Assembly: GCA_024679065.1 (NCBI GenBank)
Contig: JAGIQG010000004.1
Location: forward strand, 54,250,001-54,314,000
From: Sphyrna mokarran
Taxonomy: Eukaryota
Direction of reading: 5' to 3'
DNA: 64,000 nucleotides
Shown: one piece after another, positions 60,207-64,000 of the stretch
Position numbering within the stretch: position 1 is the stretch's first letter
Layout: every line of letters begins with the position of its first letter
Notes under the pieces: generated by a model
What the model was told of the DNA's origin: nothing
The model's database searches: none
What the model saw: only the letters and a program-made list of their open reading frames with translations
Program-made: the position numbers and the translations under genes

Positions 60207-62169
60207 TTTGGAAGGGAAGGAAAATGATTTTGTTTTTTAAATATTGATTACTATTTTACTTCAATAGCCTATAATTTAGCACGCATATTTAGGATAGAAC
60301 TTTTAACATCGTGCTTCATTGGAACTTTTTAAATTTCTTCCTGTTACAACATTATTTATCATGGAATTAGAAATTATATGGACCCCTGAGTAGAGAAAGA
60401 GAAGTAACAGACATAAATATGTATAATAGATTCACTGGGCTATAGAGCATAGAGAGAAGTCATTCAGCTCATATTGACTGTATTGGTTCTTTGAAAGAAT
60501 TATATAATTGGTCTCACCATTGGTCTTTTTCCAAAGCTCTGGATTTCTAAATTTTTATGTATGTATCCTATTCCCAATAATAAAATTATTATTGCTTCTT
60601 CCAAATAAGGAAGTCCGGATCGTAGCATTTTAGCTCGGAAAACATTTTTTCCCTTCCGATTTTTCTCTTATAACCATTTTCTTGAATTTGGTCCTTTGGT
60701 TCCTGAATCATGGTTTATGCTGTTACAAAATTTGATGACCATACAGCGTAAGGATCCATTTATTCAATGTGCTAGGTTGATTCTGCAAATGTAATCCAGT
60801 TTGTCTAATTGACTTATTTATTCATTTACCTTTAAAAAATATGGATAATCTTTTACAATAACAAGTTGTAAACATAAATAGATGTTCGTAAGTCGGTAAT
60901 CTTACTCCGAGGCTGGCTGGATAATGATACTGGATGCAAAACCCTATGCAGTTGTCGCATTCCTGCACTCTTCACTAACTCGTTGATATTTTACCAAACC
61001 TTTGGGCTTTGCTTAATAAGAGGCAAGTGACATTTGCACTAATCTCGTGCAAGACAATAATCATTTCCAAACCGAGATAATCAACCCATCATTCCTGAGT
61101 TTCAAGGGATATCCTACGGCATAATATCCCCCTCCCCCTGTCACCAGCACAAAAGCAACTGCCAACTCTAACTATTCTGACTGCTATTGACAAGAGTACT
61201 AATTGACTCAGCCTTGCAAATATTGTGGTTATATGAACAGATGAGAGGCTGGGAATTCTTTGACAAGTAACTCACCGCCTGAAATTTCAAATTCTCTGTA
61301 TTATCTACTATACATAACTTAATTGTATGATGGAGATTGGCTGGATGAATGTGGTTCCAGAGGCTGGACACTATCAAGGACAAAGCCATGCATTTGATTG
61401 GCACCCCATCCATCACTTCACACATTCGCTTTCTCTACCATTTGTCCTAAGAGCAAAAACATCTACACAATGCAATGTTACAACTCATCAAGTGTGCATG
61501 GACGACATGATCAGCTCCAAAACCTTTATCTTGAAGACCTGAAGAACAAGAGCAGCAGATGCATGGGAATTCCAGACCTGTACGTTCCTTTCTGAGTGAC
61601 ACAACATCTTGACCTGAGACCATATCACCATTTCGTCACTACCCCTGGGCTAAAATCCTGTAACAACCCCCCGACCATCACCCCCGGAACACTGTTTATC
61701 ATATGGATTGCAATGATTTAAGAAACAGCTCACTATCATCTTCTCAAGGGAAATTAGGGATGGATAATTAATGCCTGTTTTGCCATATCCCATGAAGCAG
61801 TAAAATATGTGATTCAACCAATGGAATATTTCCTGTTTTACTTTCAGATTTCCAGTGTCCACATCATATTATAATTCAAAAATGCTCTCTAAGTGGTTCT
61901 GTCTTGTGGAGTAATTATTATTGGAAAGGAAAACAGCAAGTTTGAAGGGCAAAAATGCTTAAGTGGTAAATTGGTTGTAAGGGACTTATTAAATGGACAA
62001 TATGTTTGGAACATCATTTGTGACCAAAAATGAATATGTCCTTTCTTAAAAAACTATCTGTACTCCAGCTTATAAGATAACAATCACTCCTTCTTTACCT
62101 GCACATATACTTTCAGTGATTGATATATGAGAACATCAAAGACTCGAGTATCCACTCAACTACACTCAT

Positions 62170-63060
62170 TTGATTATTAATCTGAATTCCTATTATTACT
62201 ACCAAAGTGGATAACCTCATATTTATTCACATTATACTGCATCTATCATGCATATGTCCATAAACTCAATGTATCCAAAACACAGAAACTTCGCTGCATG
62301 CTCTTCACAGCTCACCTTTCCACTCAACTTTATGTAATCCACAAATATTGGGCTGATATTAGCCACCCTCCAATTTATAGGAACCAGAATAGAGTTCAAA
62401 GAATTTTGGGAAGTAAGCATCAATGGATATACTATTTCCATGGATAATTCCTCAAGCACACGGAGATGAAGATAATCAGGCCCTGAAGATTTATCCACCT
62501 TCAATTCGATCAATTTTGCATTTATTTTTCTCTATGATTGCTGATTTCCTTCAATTCCTTACTGAAACTTATTTCTCTCAGGAGTTCCGGTACATTATTC
62601 GTGTTATTTCTTTGTGGAGATTGAAGCAAAGTATTAATCACTTCTTTGTTCCCGTTATGAATTCTCCTGTTTCCCACTGTAAGGGGCCTACTTTCGTTTT
62701 TACAATCTTTTTCTCTCTACATATCTGTAGAAACGTTTACAGTCAATTTTTATGTTCCTCACTAACTTACTTCCATACTCTATTTTCCCCTCGTTAATCA
62801 ATCCCTTGGTCCTGTTTGGCTGAATTTTAAACTGCACACAATTGACAGGCTATTGCTTTTCCTTGTCAATATGTGTGCTTCTTCCTTGAATATAATATTA
62901 TCTCTAATTTCCCTTGTAAGCCATGGTTTGGCCACAGTTCCCTTACCATTCTTAAGCCAGATAGGAATAAACAGTTTCTGGGGTTCACCTATTCATTTCT
63001 TAAATGCCTGCCATTGTCTACCCACTGTCTTTCCTTTCAGTAATGTTTCCCAGTCCATCA
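62170..63060 (-). mobile_element. Decayed CR1 fragment
   Basis: LKVDKSSGPD...NWRVANISPIF. Confidence 0.75.
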
Positions 63061-64000
63061 TGGAATGTGACATGAAGGGACAGAGCACACCAATATAACA
63101 GCGCACCAGCAAATGGGAGCAAAGTAGGAAACAAGGTACAAGGACACAATTTGATTCAATTGTGGTTTCCAAAGAAGAATTGGACAATCATCAGGTGAGA
63201 GAAAATGTAGGGCTGTGGGGACGAGGAGAGTTGCCATTGCAAACAGCTGGCATGGACATGACAGGCAACAGGCCCTTTTATATGCCGCAAACATTTTATT
63301 AGTTGACTCTAAGTGAATTTATCTGAATGCATGCAAGATTAATTTCAAGGTAGATGAAGAGACAGCACAAGTAGGAACAAACTGATATTTCATTGTTGTT
63401 TTTGTAGAAACATAGGCTGTGATTCTTCCATTGCAGCCCACAACTTTTCTGTTGGGTTGCAGTGAGAGATGCGTGTCATCGTCATTGAACAGGGATTTGC
63501 ACATGCACCAGGAACGCATCTCCCAGAGCCGGTGAACAGTCGCTAATCAGACCTGGAAGCTGACGGGAAGGCAGGTAAATAATTTAAATCTTTTTTTATT
63601 ATGTTTAAATACGTTTACTAATTCATTATCAGGACTTTCAAATTAAATCTCCCATCACACCAGGAATACTTCATTCCGACAGGGTTCAGACCAGCTTTCA
63701 TGTTCAGGGATCTTGTGGGAGTTGCTTCTGCAATGAAGTGTGGAGGGTGGCACCTAGGGTTCCTCAGTGGGTTGGACGGCATTGGGGTGGTGCCCCTGGG
63801 GCATGGGCACACTGACAATGCCAGCATGCTGCCATGGGGTACCTTGGCACTGCTAGTTGAGCATGGGCTGTGCTAATGGGGAGGGCTTATTGTGGGAAGG
63901 GCTCGGGGTGATCAGTGGGTGTAGGTGTCTATCTGCCACTATGCAGACAGTATCAGTCTGGGATGGAGGGAGTGCAATGATTGGGGTGTGGTGGAAGAGG

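Overview
Vertebrate genomic DNA, almost certainly a cartilaginous fish (shark): it carries HE1-type V-SINEs, DeuSINEs, abundant CR1 LINEs, a Rex1/Babar fragment, a Harbinger transposon and Penelope-like elements. There are no prokaryotic genes, and most ORF-track entries are repeat debris or noise. The main content is a tandem minus-strand cluster of non-rearranging, antigen-receptor-like IgSF genes with the layout leader / germline-joined VJ-type V exon / C1 exon / TM exon. Gene B (33.5-39.2 kb) looks intact, about 255 aa with a short tail. Gene A (1.2-4.2 kb) has a perfect V exon but damaged leader, C1 and TM exons. A decayed paralog of A lies at 59.5-60.2 kb and a possible very decayed copy at 39.4-45.8 kb. 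An orphaned, broken set of three homologous ITIM/ITSM-type cytoplasmic exons sits at 19.3-20.8 kb. Other notable items: a ~1.1 kb palindromic Penelope-like element with hammerhead-ribozyme cores, a diverged ~1.3 kb duplication that may hold fossil WxC-type (CD4/LAG-3-like) Ig exons, a triple-nested CR1 complex with a locally templated 210-bp insertion, and sharp CpG-rich/CpG-poor domain boundaries. Exon models were read by hand, repeat boundaries are approximate, and no database searches were run.
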